64,000 bases of DNA from an uncultured delta proteobacterium. Its GTDB lineage: Bacteria > Myxococcota_A > Polyangia > Polyangiales > B10-G4. The notes below the pieces were generated by a model. That model saw only the letters and a list, made by a program, of their open reading frames with translations. It ran no database searches and was not told the DNA's origin. The stretch covers positions 41,701-105,700 of the forward strand of contig CAVSGI010000003.1 of the NCBI GenBank assembly GCA_963727445.1, read 5' to 3'. Below, one piece after another: positions 1 through 10,417 of the stretch (positions are counted from its first letter, which is position 1; every line of letters begins with the position of its first letter). The translations under genes and the position numbers were made by a program.

Positions 1-1201
1 GTCGTGCAACGCGCGCACGGCGAGCTCGGCGTACTTCGATTCGATCAGGCAGCTGACCTTGATCTCGCTGGTGGTGATCGCCTGGATGTTGATCCCCTCG
101 GTCGCCAGCACCCGGAACATCTTGGCGGCGATGCCGGCGTGACTGCGCATGCCGAGGCCCACGATGGAGACCTTCACCACGTCCTCGTCGACCAGGACCT
201 CCTTGGCGCCCAGGATCTCGAGGTTCGCCTCGGCGACCTTCCTCGCGGCGCCGATGTCGGACTTCTTCACGGTGAAGGTGAGGTCCGTCGCCCCGTGATC
301 GGAGACGTTCTGGATGATCATGTCGACGGAGATGCTCTGCTCGGCCAGAGGCTCGAAGAGCTGCGCCACCACGCCCGGCCGGTCCTGAACCGAACGGATG
401 GTGATCTTCGCCTCGTTCTTGTCCGAGGTGACGCCGGCGACCACCACCGACTCGAGGGAGGTGTCCTCCCCCACGACCCAGGTGCCTTCGTCCTCCTTGA
501 AGCTGGAGCGGACGTGAATCGGAACGGCGTACTTCATCGCGACCTCCACGGAGCGGATCTGTAGGACCTTCGCGCCGAGCGACGCGAGCTCGAGCATCTC
601 CTCGTAGCTGATCCGGTGAATCTTCTTGGCGTTGGGACAGACGTTCGGATCGGCGGTGTAGACCCCGTCGACGTCGGTGTAGATCTCACAGGCGCTGGCG
701 CGCGCCGCGGCGGCGATGGCCACCGCCGTCGTATCCGAGCCGCCCCGGCCGAGGGTGGTGATGTCGCCCGTGGGTCCGATCCCCTGAAACCCGGCCACCA
801 CCGCGATCCGGCCCTCTTCGAGGGTCTTCGACATGGCCGTGCCCTCGATCGACTTGATGCGGGCCTTGGTGTGCGGGCCCTCGGTGAGGATGCGGGCCTG
901 ATGGCCCATGAGCGAGCGCGCCGGCACGCCCATGTCGTTCAAGCAGATGGACAACAGAGCCGCGCTCACCTGCTCGCCGGTGGACACCAGCACGTCCATC
1001 TCGCGATGCAGCGGCTCGTCCTCGGTCGCGGCCTCACGGCCCATCTTGAGCAGACGGTCGGTCTCACCGCCGATGGCGCTCACGACGACGATCAGGTCGT
1101 GACCCTCTGCGCGCGAAGCGGCCACGCGCGCGCGCGACGTTGCGGATCTTCTCGAGCGACCCGACGCTGGTCCCCCCGAACTTCTGAACGATCAGGCCCA
1201 C
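1..1201 (-). CDS. lysC: Aspartate kinase (3' end runs off window; one apparent frameshift near 1125-1136)
   Basis: Hand translation of minus strand: [17 protein letters not shown], later [24 protein letters not shown] and [13 protein letters not shown] motifs; extra base in a (GC)n run. Confidence 0.93.
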
Positions 1202-1242
1202 GGGGGCGGGACTGTAGCACCGATGCGGCGCACGAAGATCCG

Positions 1243-1776
1243 CTAACGACCCTGGCGATTGCGGTCGTCCCGACGGTCGTCCTCGCGGCCCCGTCGGTCA
1301 CCATCGTCCGATCCCTCGTCGTCACGGTCCGACGCGTCTCCGTCGTCGTCGTGATCCGAATCACCACGGTCCCCCGACGGCCGGCGCTCGCGGCGTGGCT
1401 GCTCGGGCGGGTCGCCGAACTCGGCGCGGAGCTTTCGCTCGAGGCGGTCGAGGAGCATCTGCTCCACGTAGGAGGGCATCGACGGGATCTGCACGACCGT
1501 CCGCACGTAGTCGACGCCCTCGACGCGCGTGCGGACGAGCTCGATGCTCCCGGGGAAGGTGCGGCCTCGATCCTGATACTGGAACAGGACGTATCCGACC
1601 TCGGGGTCCTGATCGTCGATCGCGTAACGGAGGTCGACCCGGACCATGCGCACGGCCGCGCTCCACACCTGCTCGAATCGATAGGTGTGGTCCTTCTGCT
1701 TGCGCGCCTCGGCCGTCGTGGGCGCGAGGGTCGCGAAGAACAGAGCGACGAGGAGTCCGAGGCCGAGCCGGCGCAT
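1243..1776 (-). CDS. Hypothetical exported protein with acidic/Arg-rich tail
   Basis: 177-aa ORF with signal peptide (MRRLGLGLLVALFFATLAPTTAEA) and a globular alpha/beta core. Confidence 0.75.
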   Translation of the reverse strand: MRRLGLGLLVALFFATLAPTTAEARKQKDHTYRFEQVWSAAVRMVRVDLRYAIDDQDPEVGYVLFQYQDRGRTFPGSIELVRTRVEGVDYVRTVVQIPSMPSYVEQMLLDRLERKLRAEFGDPPEQPRRERRPSGDRGDSDHDDDGDASDRDDEGSDDGDRRGREDDRRDDRNRQGR

Positions 1777-1820
1777 GCCCCGACGCTAAGGGCCAGTGGG
1801 CGACCCCACCAAATTTTCGA

Positions 1821-2933
1821 TCAATTCTCGGCGTTCGCCGGCGGCGCGATGGTCGGTGTGGTGTCGACCTTGAGCAGCGCGCTCAACGGGATGTGGAAGA
1901 GGTAGAGGGGGATGACCCCGGCCAGGGTGATCATCACCGCCTGCATGCTGTAGAGCAAAAAGACGTAGATGGAGCCCTGCTCGCCCAGCAGGGACTCGGC
2001 GAAGTAGAGCTGGAGCGCGAGTGATACGGCGAGCTGGAAGTTGCCGAAGAGCCCTGGCCCCGCCGGCAAGAGGATGCCGATGGCCAGGATCCCCATGATC
2101 GCCACCGCATGCCCGTAATGCATGGGAAGCCCGCACGCGACGCCGAGCAGCCACATCCCCGACGCGTTCGTGAGCCAGTAGATCGCCGTCTCCAGCATGA
2201 AGCCCGAAGCGAGGCGCACGTCCGCGATGGAGCGCACGCCGTCTGCCACCGAGCCGACCTTCGAGGAGAGCACGTCGGCGAAGCGGCGCGAAACGAGCCC
2301 CACCACCGCGGCGACGAGCTTGGTGGCGAGCGCGCGTTGCCACAGAAAGAGCCCCAGGGCGACGAAGGCGCTGCCGAAGACGGCCAAGGAGAGGTAGCCG
2401 TAGAACGGCAGCGCCACCGCCAGCTCGTCGTCGGAGGGCAGCCGCGGCAGGGCGAAGAGGGCCCACGCGACGCAGAGGCTGGTGAGCAGCCCGTCGATCA
2501 CGCGCTCGACGGCGATGGTGCCGAAGCCGGCGGAGATGCTGACGCCGTTGCGCATCTTGGTGAGCGCCGGCCGGGCCACCTCGCCCAGGCGCAGCGGCAG
2601 GGCGAAGATCGCGAAGAAGCCGATCCAGTTCAGCGCGATCACGTCCTTGAAGGGCACGTGCTTCACCGGACGCACCAGGAAGCGCCAGCGGCTGGCCCGG
2701 AAGAAGTGGGTCACGAAGAAGAGCGGCACGTAGAGCGCGACGAGACCCCAGCTGACCTCGGAGAAGGCCTCTCCGTTCGGGATCAGCGGAACGCCTCCGC
2801 GCGAGACGAGCCAGGCGAAGAGCGCCCCGAGGATCAGCGAGATGCCCAGCTTGGGAAGGATCTTCCTCAGGAAGCTCGGCTCGCTCTCCTCGTCCCGTCG
2901 GCTCCCCTCCTCGGCTGTGGCTTCGCTGCTCAA
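1821..2933 (-). CDS. Lysylphosphatidylglycerol synthase TM-domain / YbhN-family flippase-like membrane protein
   Basis: Multi-TM protein with RASRWRFL, LPLRLGEVARP, ERVIDG and PAGPGLFGNFQ motifs; TTG start overlaps the upstream gene's TGA. Confidence 0.85.
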   Translation of the reverse strand: MSSEATAEEGSRRDEESEPSFLRKILPKLGISLILGALFAWLVSRGGVPLIPNGEAFSEVSWGLVALYVPLFFVTHFFRASRWRFLVRPVKHVPFKDVIALNWIGFFAIFALPLRLGEVARPALTKMRNGVSISAGFGTIAVERVIDGLLTSLCVAWALFALPRLPSDDELAVALPFYGYLSLAVFGSAFVALGLFLWQRALATKLVAAVVGLVSRRFADVLSSKVGSVADGVRSIADVRLASGFMLETAIYWLTNASGMWLLGVACGLPMHYGHAVAIMGILAIGILLPAGPGLFGNFQLAVSLALQLYFAESLLGEQGSIYVFLLYSMQAVMITLAGVIPLYLFHIPLSALLKVDTTPTIAPPANAEN

Positions 2934-3653
2934 TCCACCCGTCCTTCGAGGATGCGCCTCGGGTTTTCGGCGAGGAGCTCCTCCGCCTCCTCCTCTCCCA
3001 CGAGCTTCTTCAGTCTGTCCACCGCTTCGTCGACCAACGCGAGAATCGCTCGGGCGGTGGGCGTCGGTGCAGGCGGCGTAATAGGTCCCCTCCTTCACCA
3101 TGCGCTCGGCGGCTTTTCGCGGGCGCCGCCCGTATTTCCCGGTGAGCGCCATCAGGTCCAGGAGCGGCAGCGCGCCCACGTCGAGGAGCGGGTCGAGCTC
3201 GTCGGTCTTCTTGAAGAGCGGGTGGTAGCGCTCGGGGTGGGCGATCACCGGACGGATCCCTTTCACCATCATCTCGAAGAAGCGCTGGGCCACGCCCATC
3301 GGGAACGCCCGCTCGGGGAACTCCACCAGCGCGCCGTGCCCGCCCGGGTACGGCAGCGCCTGCCCCGTCGTGAAGAGTCCCCAGACCACGTCGTCGAAGT
3401 GGTGCTCGGCGCCGAGGCCGAGCGTGGGAAGCTCGGGGTCGCCCTCGGCGCGCTCTCGGAACGCGTGGAAGGCGCGCTCGAGGCCGGGCTTGCGGTTTTC
3501 GAACATCGCGGTGCGGATGTGGGGCGTCGCCACCACCGTGTCCCAGCCGAGCTTCTTGAGCCCGCGCAACAGCGCGCGGCCCTCCTCTTCGGTCTTCACC
3601 CCGTCGTCGATGGCGGGGATGTAGTGGCTGTGCAGGTCGACGTAACCCATCAC
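2930..3653 (-). CDS. PHP-family (CpsB/CapC/YwqE-like) protein-tyrosine phosphatase; frameshift near 3042
   Basis: DLHSHYIPAIDDG, ATPH, IAHPERY and TDAH motifs; the shifted frame continues ...ELLAENPRRILEGRVD-stop at 2930. Confidence 0.88.
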
Positions 3654-5045
3654 TCGTCGTCGTCTTCGGGCGGGGGGACTGGGGCCGCGGGGGCCACCTC
3701 GTCGATGAGGTGTAGCAGCCGCTCGCGATCATTCAGCGAGGGATCGTCCGTGACCCGCTCGAGGAGGGTGTCGAGGACCTGGCCGATGATGGGGCCGGGC
3801 GGCACCCCGAGGCGATCCATCACATCCTTGCCCCCGACCGGGAGGTCCCGGGTGCTCAGCGCTTCACCCGCCGCCACCACGGCTTCGATCCGGTCCTTCA
3901 GCTCGGCGAGGGCGGCGAGCTCCGGGTCCACCGGGCGCCCCTTGCCGAGGGCGTCCGCCCGGCCGAGGGCCAACAGGCTCTCCACGTGCTCTTTGCCGAT
4001 GCGCCGCACGAAGCGCCTCACGGCGGCGTCGGACCACTCGGGCGAGTAGCAGAATCAGGTGGTGACGAACGAGGTGGACGATGTCGCTGCGCTCCTCGTT
4101 CGAGAAGCGATACTCGCGCAGCCAGCGGTCGGCCATCTTCGCGCCGACCCGCTCGTGATCGTAGAAGGTCCAGTCGTCGGTCTTGTCGGAGTGCGCGCGC
4201 GTCGCCGGCTTGCCCACGTCGTGCAGCAGGGCGGCGATGCGGAGGGTGGGCCCGCCTTCGCTCGCGTCGAGGGTCTCGAGCGTGTGGTTCCAGACGTCGT
4301 AGGCGTGCCACTTGTTCTGCTCGCAGCCCACCTGTTCGACGAGCTCGGGGAAGGTGATCTCGAGGATCCCGGTCTTGCGCATCACCTCGAAGGCGCGCGA
4401 GGGGCGACGCGCCTTCATCGTCTTCATCCACTCGTCGCGCACCCGCTCCTTGCTCACCTTCGCGAAGGTCCCGAGCTCCTGAGTGATCGCCTTTTCGGTG
4501 GCGGGATCGAGCTCGAGCTCGAGGGTCGCGACGAAGCGCGCGCCGCGCAGCACCCTCAGGCCGTCCTCGCCGAAGCGCTCGCGCGGATCGCCCACGGCGC
4601 GGAGGATCCCCGCCTCCATGTCCGCGACGCCGCCGAAGGGATCGACGGTCCGGTCGCTGACCGGATCGAAGGCGATGGCGTTGACCGTGAAGTCACGGCG
4701 CGCGAGGTCCTCTTCGATGTCGCGGACGAAGTAGACCTCGTCGGGGCGGCGCCCGTCGCTGTAGGCGCCCTCCCCCCGCAGCGTGGTGAGCTCGTAGCGC
4801 TCTCCCTTCCACAGCACCGTCACCGTGCCGTGCTGGATGCCGGTGGGGATCACCCGGCCGAAGACCTTCTTCACCTCCCCGGGGAGCGCGCTTGTCGCGA
4901 GGTCCCAGTCCGAGACCTCCTTTCCGCGGAGCAGGTCGCGGATGCAGCCCCCCACCACCCAGGTGCGGTGCCCGTGTTCCCCCAGCTTCTGGACGATCTC
5001 CACCACCGGCTCGGGGATTTGCCTCTGGCCGACCGTCGGTTTCAT
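3650..5045 (-). CDS. cca: CCA tRNA nucleotidyltransferase with HD domain; frameshift near 4050
   Basis: VVGGCIRDLL..DWDLAT, DLARRDFTVNA, EDGLRVLR, ALLHDVGK and C-terminal PPGPIIGQVL. Confidence 0.88.
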
Positions 5046-5058
5046 CGCCCGCCGTGCG

Positions 5059-8004
5059 TCAGCCGCCGCTCGAGGAGGAAGAGGGCTCGTCGCCGCCGCC
5101 GTCCGAGACATCCGACGCGTCCGAGACATCCGACGCGTCCGAGACGCCCGACGCGTCCGAGACGTCCGAGACGTCCGACGCGCCGCTCGCGCTCGAAGCG
5201 CCCGAGTGGGAAGCGGAGGACGAAGAAGACGACGACGAGCCGAAGTCCTCCTCCGCATCCGAAGCCTCGGCGGGCGGCCCCGAGACCATGGTCGGGCCCG
5301 CGTCGTCGTCGCCGAAGTCCGGCGGGACCTGATCCCGCATCCCCGCGCTGGGCCGCGTGGGCTCGCCGGGGAGCTCGGGCAGCTGCTCGTCGCTCTCGCG
5401 CAGCCGCGTGCGGATCTCGTCCGCCCGGCCGCGCATGCTCATCGCCTCGTGGGCGCGCACCGGATCGCTCTTCGACTCCGCGTCCGACTCGAGGAAGGTG
5501 GCGTAGCTGTCACAGGTGTTCGCGAGCTCGACGTCGTTGCCCAGCTCCTCGAAGATGCGCAGCGAGCGCTCGAAGCTCTCCTTGGCCAGGCGGTGGTCGT
5601 CGCCGCCCCACCCCGCCGCGGCGAGGATCTCCGCCTGGGTGCGCAGCGCCACGCCGAGGAATGGCTTGCCCCGCGACTGTTCGAAGAGCTCCACCGAGCG
5701 CCCGATGTACTCGCGGGCGAGCTTGATGTCGTGGATGAGCATGTGCGCCTTGGCGAGGCCGCGCAGGATCTCACCCTCGAGGATGGTGTCCCCGAGCGTC
5801 GCCGACAAATCCTCGGCCTGCTTGAGCACGGCGATGGCCTCGGTGGGTCGCTCGAGGCGATACTCGCTCTCGCCGAGATTGGTGAGGATCACCGCCTGGC
5901 GCATGCGGTCGCCGACCTGGCTCGCGACCGCGAGCGCGTCGCGGTAGAGCTCGACGGCCCGGTCGTGCTCGCCGTTGTCCTGGTGGATGGTGCCGAGGTT
6001 GTTGAGGGTCTGCGCGATGCCGGGCTTGTCCCCGATCTGCTCGCGCAGGCTGAGGGCTTCTTGAAAGGCTGCTTGCGCCTCGGAGAAGCGGCCACTGTCC
6101 TGGTAGACGAGGCCGAGGTTGTTGTGGCTGAGCGCGATGGAGCGCGCATCGCCGAGCGCGCTTCGCACGTCGAGAGCCTGACGCATGAAGCGCTCCGCCG
6201 CCTCGTAGTTGCCGCGCATCCAGTGGACCTTGCCCACGTCGTCGAGTGACGAAGCCACGCCGCGAACGTCGCCCGCCGCCTCGAAGAGCGCGTGCCCCGT
6301 GCCGAGATGACGCATCGCCTGCTCGAGCTGCCCGATGGCGCGATAGACGCGGCCGATGCGGTTGTGGGCGGCCCCACCCTTGGCCTTGAGGTCGAGCCGA
6401 AAGGCGATCTCCAGCATCTTCTCGAAGGCGGCGCGTGCGCGCTCGTTGTCGCCGGAGAGCTGCAGGACGTCGCCCCAGTGATGGAGCGCGTCGAGGCGCT
6501 GCACCACGTCCGAATCGCCGAGCAGGTCGAGGCCGCGCTCGTAGTATTCGGCCGCCTTCATGTTGGCGTAGCGGGCGCGCGCGGTATCGCCGGCGAGGAT
6601 GTAGTACATGCCGGCGCGCCGCGGTGAGCCCCCATCCTCGTAGTGCTGCGCCAGCATCTCGCACTGCTCTTCGGCGCGGTCGGCGAAGCGGAACTCGAGC
6701 CACTCGGCGACGACCTGATGAAAGCGCCGGCTCTCGGTGCGGTTGGTGAGGCGGTGCAGGGTCTCGCGCTCGAGGTTGTGCTTGAAGGCGAACTCCACCT
6801 CGCCCGGGATGGACGAGTCGGGGATCTCGAGGATGTAGTCGCGGTCGCAGAGGCTCACCAGCATGTCCGCCAGGTGCGACACCATGCTCTCGTGTCCGCC
6901 CCAGAGCTTCGGGGCGTCCTCCTTGATGCGCATCATCGCGATGATGGCGCCGAGCCAGAAGAGCCCGCCCATGGTCGAGGCCATCTCCAAGAGACGCCGC
7001 TCGGCGGGCGCCAGCGCGCTGATGCGCGCGCTGATCGCCTCCTCGACGGAGAGGGGGAGCTCGGCGCTCTCGAGCTTGTCGAGATCGACCTTCCAGGTGC
7101 CGTCCTTCTGCGCTTCGAGGGTGCCGTTGTCGTGGAAGCAGCGGACCATCTGCTCGAGCAGGTATGGGCTGCCGCCGGCCATGTCGACGGCGGCGTCGAC
7201 GAGCTCGTCGGGTGGATCCCCGGTGGGCTCGAGGAGGTTCATCATGAGGCTCGCCGCGTCGTCGGGCGCCAGCGGCGAGAGCTCGAGCTTGTGGTGCCTC
7301 TCGCCGCCCGCCTTCATCCAGTCGGACTGCTTGGCGATGAGCTCGGGCCGCGCGACGGTCACCAGGAGGATCGGCGCGTCGGTGAGCGAGGTGAGCAGGT
7401 ACTGCAGGAGCTCGAGCGTGTCGCTGGGCGCCCAGTGCAGGTCCTCGAAGGTGAGCACCAGGGGATGCGCCTGCGCGTCCACCTCGAAGAAACGCCGGAG
7501 CACGGCGCGGCTCACCAGACGGAACTGCTCCGGGTCCTCCTCCACCGCCTTGATGAAGGGAGACTCCGGGTACTCGAGGTCGAGGAAGGCGCCGAGGAAG
7601 TGGAGGAACTCGGTGACGCGCTTGTCGCCGAGCGCCTCGGAGACGGCGGTGCGGAAGGTCTCGCGGGTCTGCTCGGCGGGGGCGCCTTCGATGATGCCGA
7701 AGCGGGCGCGCAGGATGCGCTGAATGACGCCGAAGGCCGGCCCGTTCTCGCGACAGATGCCGCGGTAGATGCGAACCCGACGCTCGCGCGACCGAACCCT
7801 CTGAAGAAACGCGGTGAGCAGGCGCGACTTGCCGATGCCGGGGCTGCCGATGACGGTGATGGCCTGCGGCTGCTTGGTCGACAGCGCCTTCGCCAGGGCC
7901 TCCTCGAGCTCGCGCAGCTCGGGCCCGCGCCCGATCAGGGGTGCACGCTGGCTGTTGGGGACGCCAGGGATGGGATGGGGGCCGGTCTGGCCTGTATTGC
8001 TCAT
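5059..8004 (-). CDS. AAA/STAND-type ATPase with TPR repeats and acidic Ser/Asp tail
   Basis: LIGR, Walker A GSPGIGKS, Walker B LTFEDLHW, GGSPYLLEQ, many TPRs (SHNNLGLVY, TLNNLGTIH). Confidence 0.88.
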   Translation of the reverse strand: MSNTGQTGPHPIPGVPNSQRAPLIGRGPELRELEEALAKALSTKQPQAITVIGSPGIGKSRLLTAFLQRVRSRERRVRIYRGICRENGPAFGVIQRILRARFGIIEGAPAEQTRETFRTAVSEALGDKRVTEFLHFLGAFLDLEYPESPFIKAVEEDPEQFRLVSRAVLRRFFEVDAQAHPLVLTFEDLHWAPSDTLELLQYLLTSLTDAPILLVTVARPELIAKQSDWMKAGGERHHKLELSPLAPDDAASLMMNLLEPTGDPPDELVDAAVDMAGGSPYLLEQMVRCFHDNGTLEAQKDGTWKVDLDKLESAELPLSVEEAISARISALAPAERRLLEMASTMGGLFWLGAIIAMMRIKEDAPKLWGGHESMVSHLADMLVSLCDRDYILEIPDSSIPGEVEFAFKHNLERETLHRLTNRTESRRFHQVVAEWLEFRFADRAEEQCEMLAQHYEDGGSPRRAGMYYILAGDTARARYANMKAAEYYERGLDLLGDSDVVQRLDALHHWGDVLQLSGDNERARAAFEKMLEIAFRLDLKAKGGAAHNRIGRVYRAIGQLEQAMRHLGTGHALFEAAGDVRGVASSLDDVGKVHWMRGNYEAAERFMRQALDVRSALGDARSIALSHNNLGLVYQDSGRFSEAQAAFQEALSLREQIGDKPGIAQTLNNLGTIHQDNGEHDRAVELYRDALAVASQVGDRMRQAVILTNLGESEYRLERPTEAIAVLKQAEDLSATLGDTILEGEILRGLAKAHMLIHDIKLAREYIGRSVELFEQSRGKPFLGVALRTQAEILAAAGWGGDDHRLAKESFERSLRIFEELGNDVELANTCDSYATFLESDAESKSDPVRAHEAMSMRGRADEIRTRLRESDEQLPELPGEPTRPSAGMRDQVPPDFGDDDAGPTMVSGPPAEASDAEEDFGSSSSSSSSASHSGASSASGASDVSDVSDASGVSDASDVSDASDVSDGGGDEPSSSSSGG
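5101..5180. repeat. Intragenic 9/18-bp tandem repeat encoding (SDA/SDV)n
   Basis: GTCCGAGACATCCGACGC-like units repeated about four times. Confidence 0.85.
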
Positions 8005-8214
8005 GTGTTTTCCCGCCGAAACGGCCGGTATCCCACCTGCCCCTACATGGGCAAGCACCGAGTGTGAGAAGACCCCGGAAGTCTACTCACCCCCCACCCG
8101 CGCGCCATCGAATGCCACTCGGTCGTACCACAGGGACAGCCAAGGGAGTCAGGCGGAGAGGTCGGTCCCCACCGCTGGCGCGGCCGCCATCATCCCTTGT
8201 ATAAGACCCCCCTC

Positions 8215-8493
8215 ATGTATCTCGGCCGCGTCATCGGGACCTGCGTCGCCAGCCGCAAATACGAGGGGCTCGAGGGGGTGAAGCTCCTCGTGGTGCAGCC
8301 TCTCGACCGGCAGCGTCAGCCCAAGGGAGAGCCGCAGATCGCGTGCGACACGGCGAAGGCCGGGCCCGACGACCTGGTCTTCCTAGTCGGGGCGCGCGAG
8401 GCCTCCCACGCCCTCGAGGAGGCCTTCGTGCCGGTGGACGCGGCCATCGTCGGCATCGTCGACGACCTTCAGCAGATCGAAGAGGCGATGTGA
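8215..8493 (+). CDS. EutN/CcmL-family microcompartment vertex protein (BMC-P)
   Basis: MYLGRVIGTCVASRK..LEGVKLLVVQP..ACD..AGPDDLV..G..A..PVDAAIVGIVD. Confidence 0.92.
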   Translation: MYLGRVIGTCVASRKYEGLEGVKLLVVQPLDRQRQPKGEPQIACDTAKAGPDDLVFLVGAREASHALEEAFVPVDAAIVGIVDDLQQIEEAM

Positions 8494-8768
8494 AGCTGGC
8501 GCGCGTCATCGGCACGCTGGTCGCCACGGAGAAGCACGTCGCCTACGAGGGGCACAAGGTGATGTGGTGCCAGCCACTCGACGACAACCGCGAGGAGACG
8601 GGCGACGCCTTCTTCGCCGTGGACCGCGCCCAGGCGGGCATGGGCGACACCGTCCTCGTCAATCAAGAGGGCAACGGCGCGCGCCAGCTCCTCGGCACCA
8701 TCGACGGCAAGCTCCCCATCCGTAGCGTGATCGTCGGCATCGTCGACGCCATCGAAGTCGAAGGATGA
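8490..8768 (+). CDS. Second EutN/CcmL-family BMC-P protein
   Basis: GTG-KLARVIGTLVATEKH..AVDRAQAGMGDTVLV..EG..A..PIRSVIVGIVD; start overlaps previous stop. Confidence 0.9.
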   Translation: MKLARVIGTLVATEKHVAYEGHKVMWCQPLDDNREETGDAFFAVDRAQAGMGDTVLVNQEGNGARQLLGTIDGKLPIRSVIVGIVDAIEVEG

Positions 8769-9427
8769 GCAAGAAGACCGAGCATCAGCTGCGGCGCGAG
8801 GTCGCCGACGCGTCGGCCATCCTCTGGGAGCGCGGCTGGGTCGCGAACCACGACGGCAACGTCTCCGCGCTCGCCGCCCCCGGCCGCGTCGTGGCCACGC
8901 CCACGTCCTTCTCGAAGCGCCTGTGCAGCGCCGATCAGCTCATCGTCGTCGACGAGGAGCGCCGCGTGGTGCGCGGGCGCAACCGCCCCTTCAGCGAGAT
9001 CGGGCTGCACTTCCTCGTCTACCGGCTGCGCCCCGACGTGGGCGCGGTGGTGCACGCCCACGCGCCCTACACCACCGCACGCGCCTGCGCGGGCCGACCG
9101 CTGCCCTGCTTTCTACCGGAGAGCGTGGTGAGCCTCGGGCGCGAGGTGCCGCTGGTGCCCATCGCTCCGCCGGGCGCGGCGGCCGAGAAGGTGATGGGCC
9201 CGTACGTCGATCCCTACGACGTGGTCCTCCTCGAACAGCACGGCATCATCGCCTGGGGCGATGACGTCGAGCAGGCGCTCTTGCGCCTCGAGCTCGCCGA
9301 GCACCTCGCGAAGATCGCCCATCTCGCCGAGGCCCACGGCGGCGTCAAGGCGCTGCCCGACGAGATGGTCCGGACCCTCCTCGACAAGCGCACCAAGGCC
9401 GGCCTCGGGCCCGAGAGCCGCGCCTGA
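8765..9427 (+). CDS. Class II aldolase/adducin-family protein
   Basis: DGNVS, TPT, PFSEIGLH, AVVHAH and LLEQHG metal-binding motifs. Confidence 0.9.
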   Translation: MSKKTEHQLRREVADASAILWERGWVANHDGNVSALAAPGRVVATPTSFSKRLCSADQLIVVDEERRVVRGRNRPFSEIGLHFLVYRLRPDVGAVVHAHAPYTTARACAGRPLPCFLPESVVSLGREVPLVPIAPPGAAAEKVMGPYVDPYDVVLLEQHGIIAWGDDVEQALLRLELAEHLAKIAHLAEAHGGVKALPDEMVRTLLDKRTKAGLGPESRA

Positions 9428-9472
9428 ACCGGCGCGCTGGCCTCCGGCGTCCACGCGAGTAACCTCCCCAAC

Positions 9473-10410
9473 GTGGGTCACGGACACGGCCATGGGCACG
9501 GTCACGGGGAGCCTCGCGTGGCGGACGGCAGCGCGCGCTCCTCGCGCCGCCGCCTGTCCATCGTGCTGAGCCTCACCGCTGGCTTCATGGGCGTCGAGGT
9601 CGCGGTGGGCTTCTGGTCGGGCAGCCTGGCCCTGCTCGCGGACGCCGGTCACATGTTCGCCGACTCGGGCGCGCTGGCCCTCGCCCTCACGGTTTCGTTC
9701 ATCGCCGAGCGCCCGCCGGACGACGCGCGCACCTACGGCTACCGCCGGGCCGAGGTGCTGGGCGCGCTGGCGAACGCCACCGGGCTCCTGCTCATCGTGG
9801 CGATGATCGTCCACGAAGCGGTCGGCCGGCTCGCGGCCCCGCCGGAGCTTCGGGCGAACGGGCTCATCGCTACCGCGGCCGCAGGTCTCGTCGTGAACGC
9901 CATCGCCGCCGCGATCCTCTTTCGCGGCGCGCGCGGCGACCTCAACGTCAAAGCCGCGCTCTACCACGTGATCGGTGACGCCCTCGGCTCGGTCGCGGCG
10001 GTGATCGCCGGCATCCTCGTCCTCTCCCTCGATCTGACCATCGCCGACCCCATCGCGTCGCTGGTGATCGCGGCGTTGATCCTCTTCGGGGCCATTCGGC
10101 TCCTGCGCGAAACCGCCCACGTCCTGATGGAGGGCGCGCCGAGCGGCATCGACGTCGAGCACGTGCGCCGCACCATCGCCGAGACCGACGGGGTCGCAGA
10201 GGTGCACGACCTCCACGTCTGGTGCCTCTCGCCTGCGCACCCGATGGTCTCGCGCACGTCACCCTCGCGCCCGGCCATCACGGCGTCGAGGTGAGTCACC
10301 GCGTCGGGGAGCGGCTCCACGCCGAGTACGGCCTCGACCACGTCACCATCCAGCCCGAAGCCCCGCCCCCGAGCGGCCAGCTGGTCGAGCTGCGAACGCA
10401 CCCCGAGTGA
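9473..10410 (+). CDS. CDF-family (CzcD/ZitB-like) cation efflux transporter; frameshift near 10250
   Basis: His-rich N-terminus, SLALLADAGHMFAD, HVIGDALGS, VHDLHVW, and HVTIQPE in the shifted frame. Confidence 0.9.
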
Positions 10411-10417
10411 GCCGGGC

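Noticed and set aside
4..1905. Long plus-strand ORFs here and many similar antisense ORFs throughout the window
   Set aside because: Shadow ORFs opposite real genes, expected in high-GC DNA; no recognisable motifs.
1821..3653. Apparent 610-aa PHP phosphatase-flippase fusion in the ORF track
   Set aside because: An extra base near 3042 explains it; the alternative frame gives a normal PHP C-terminus (ENPRRILEG) with a stop overlapping a TTG start.
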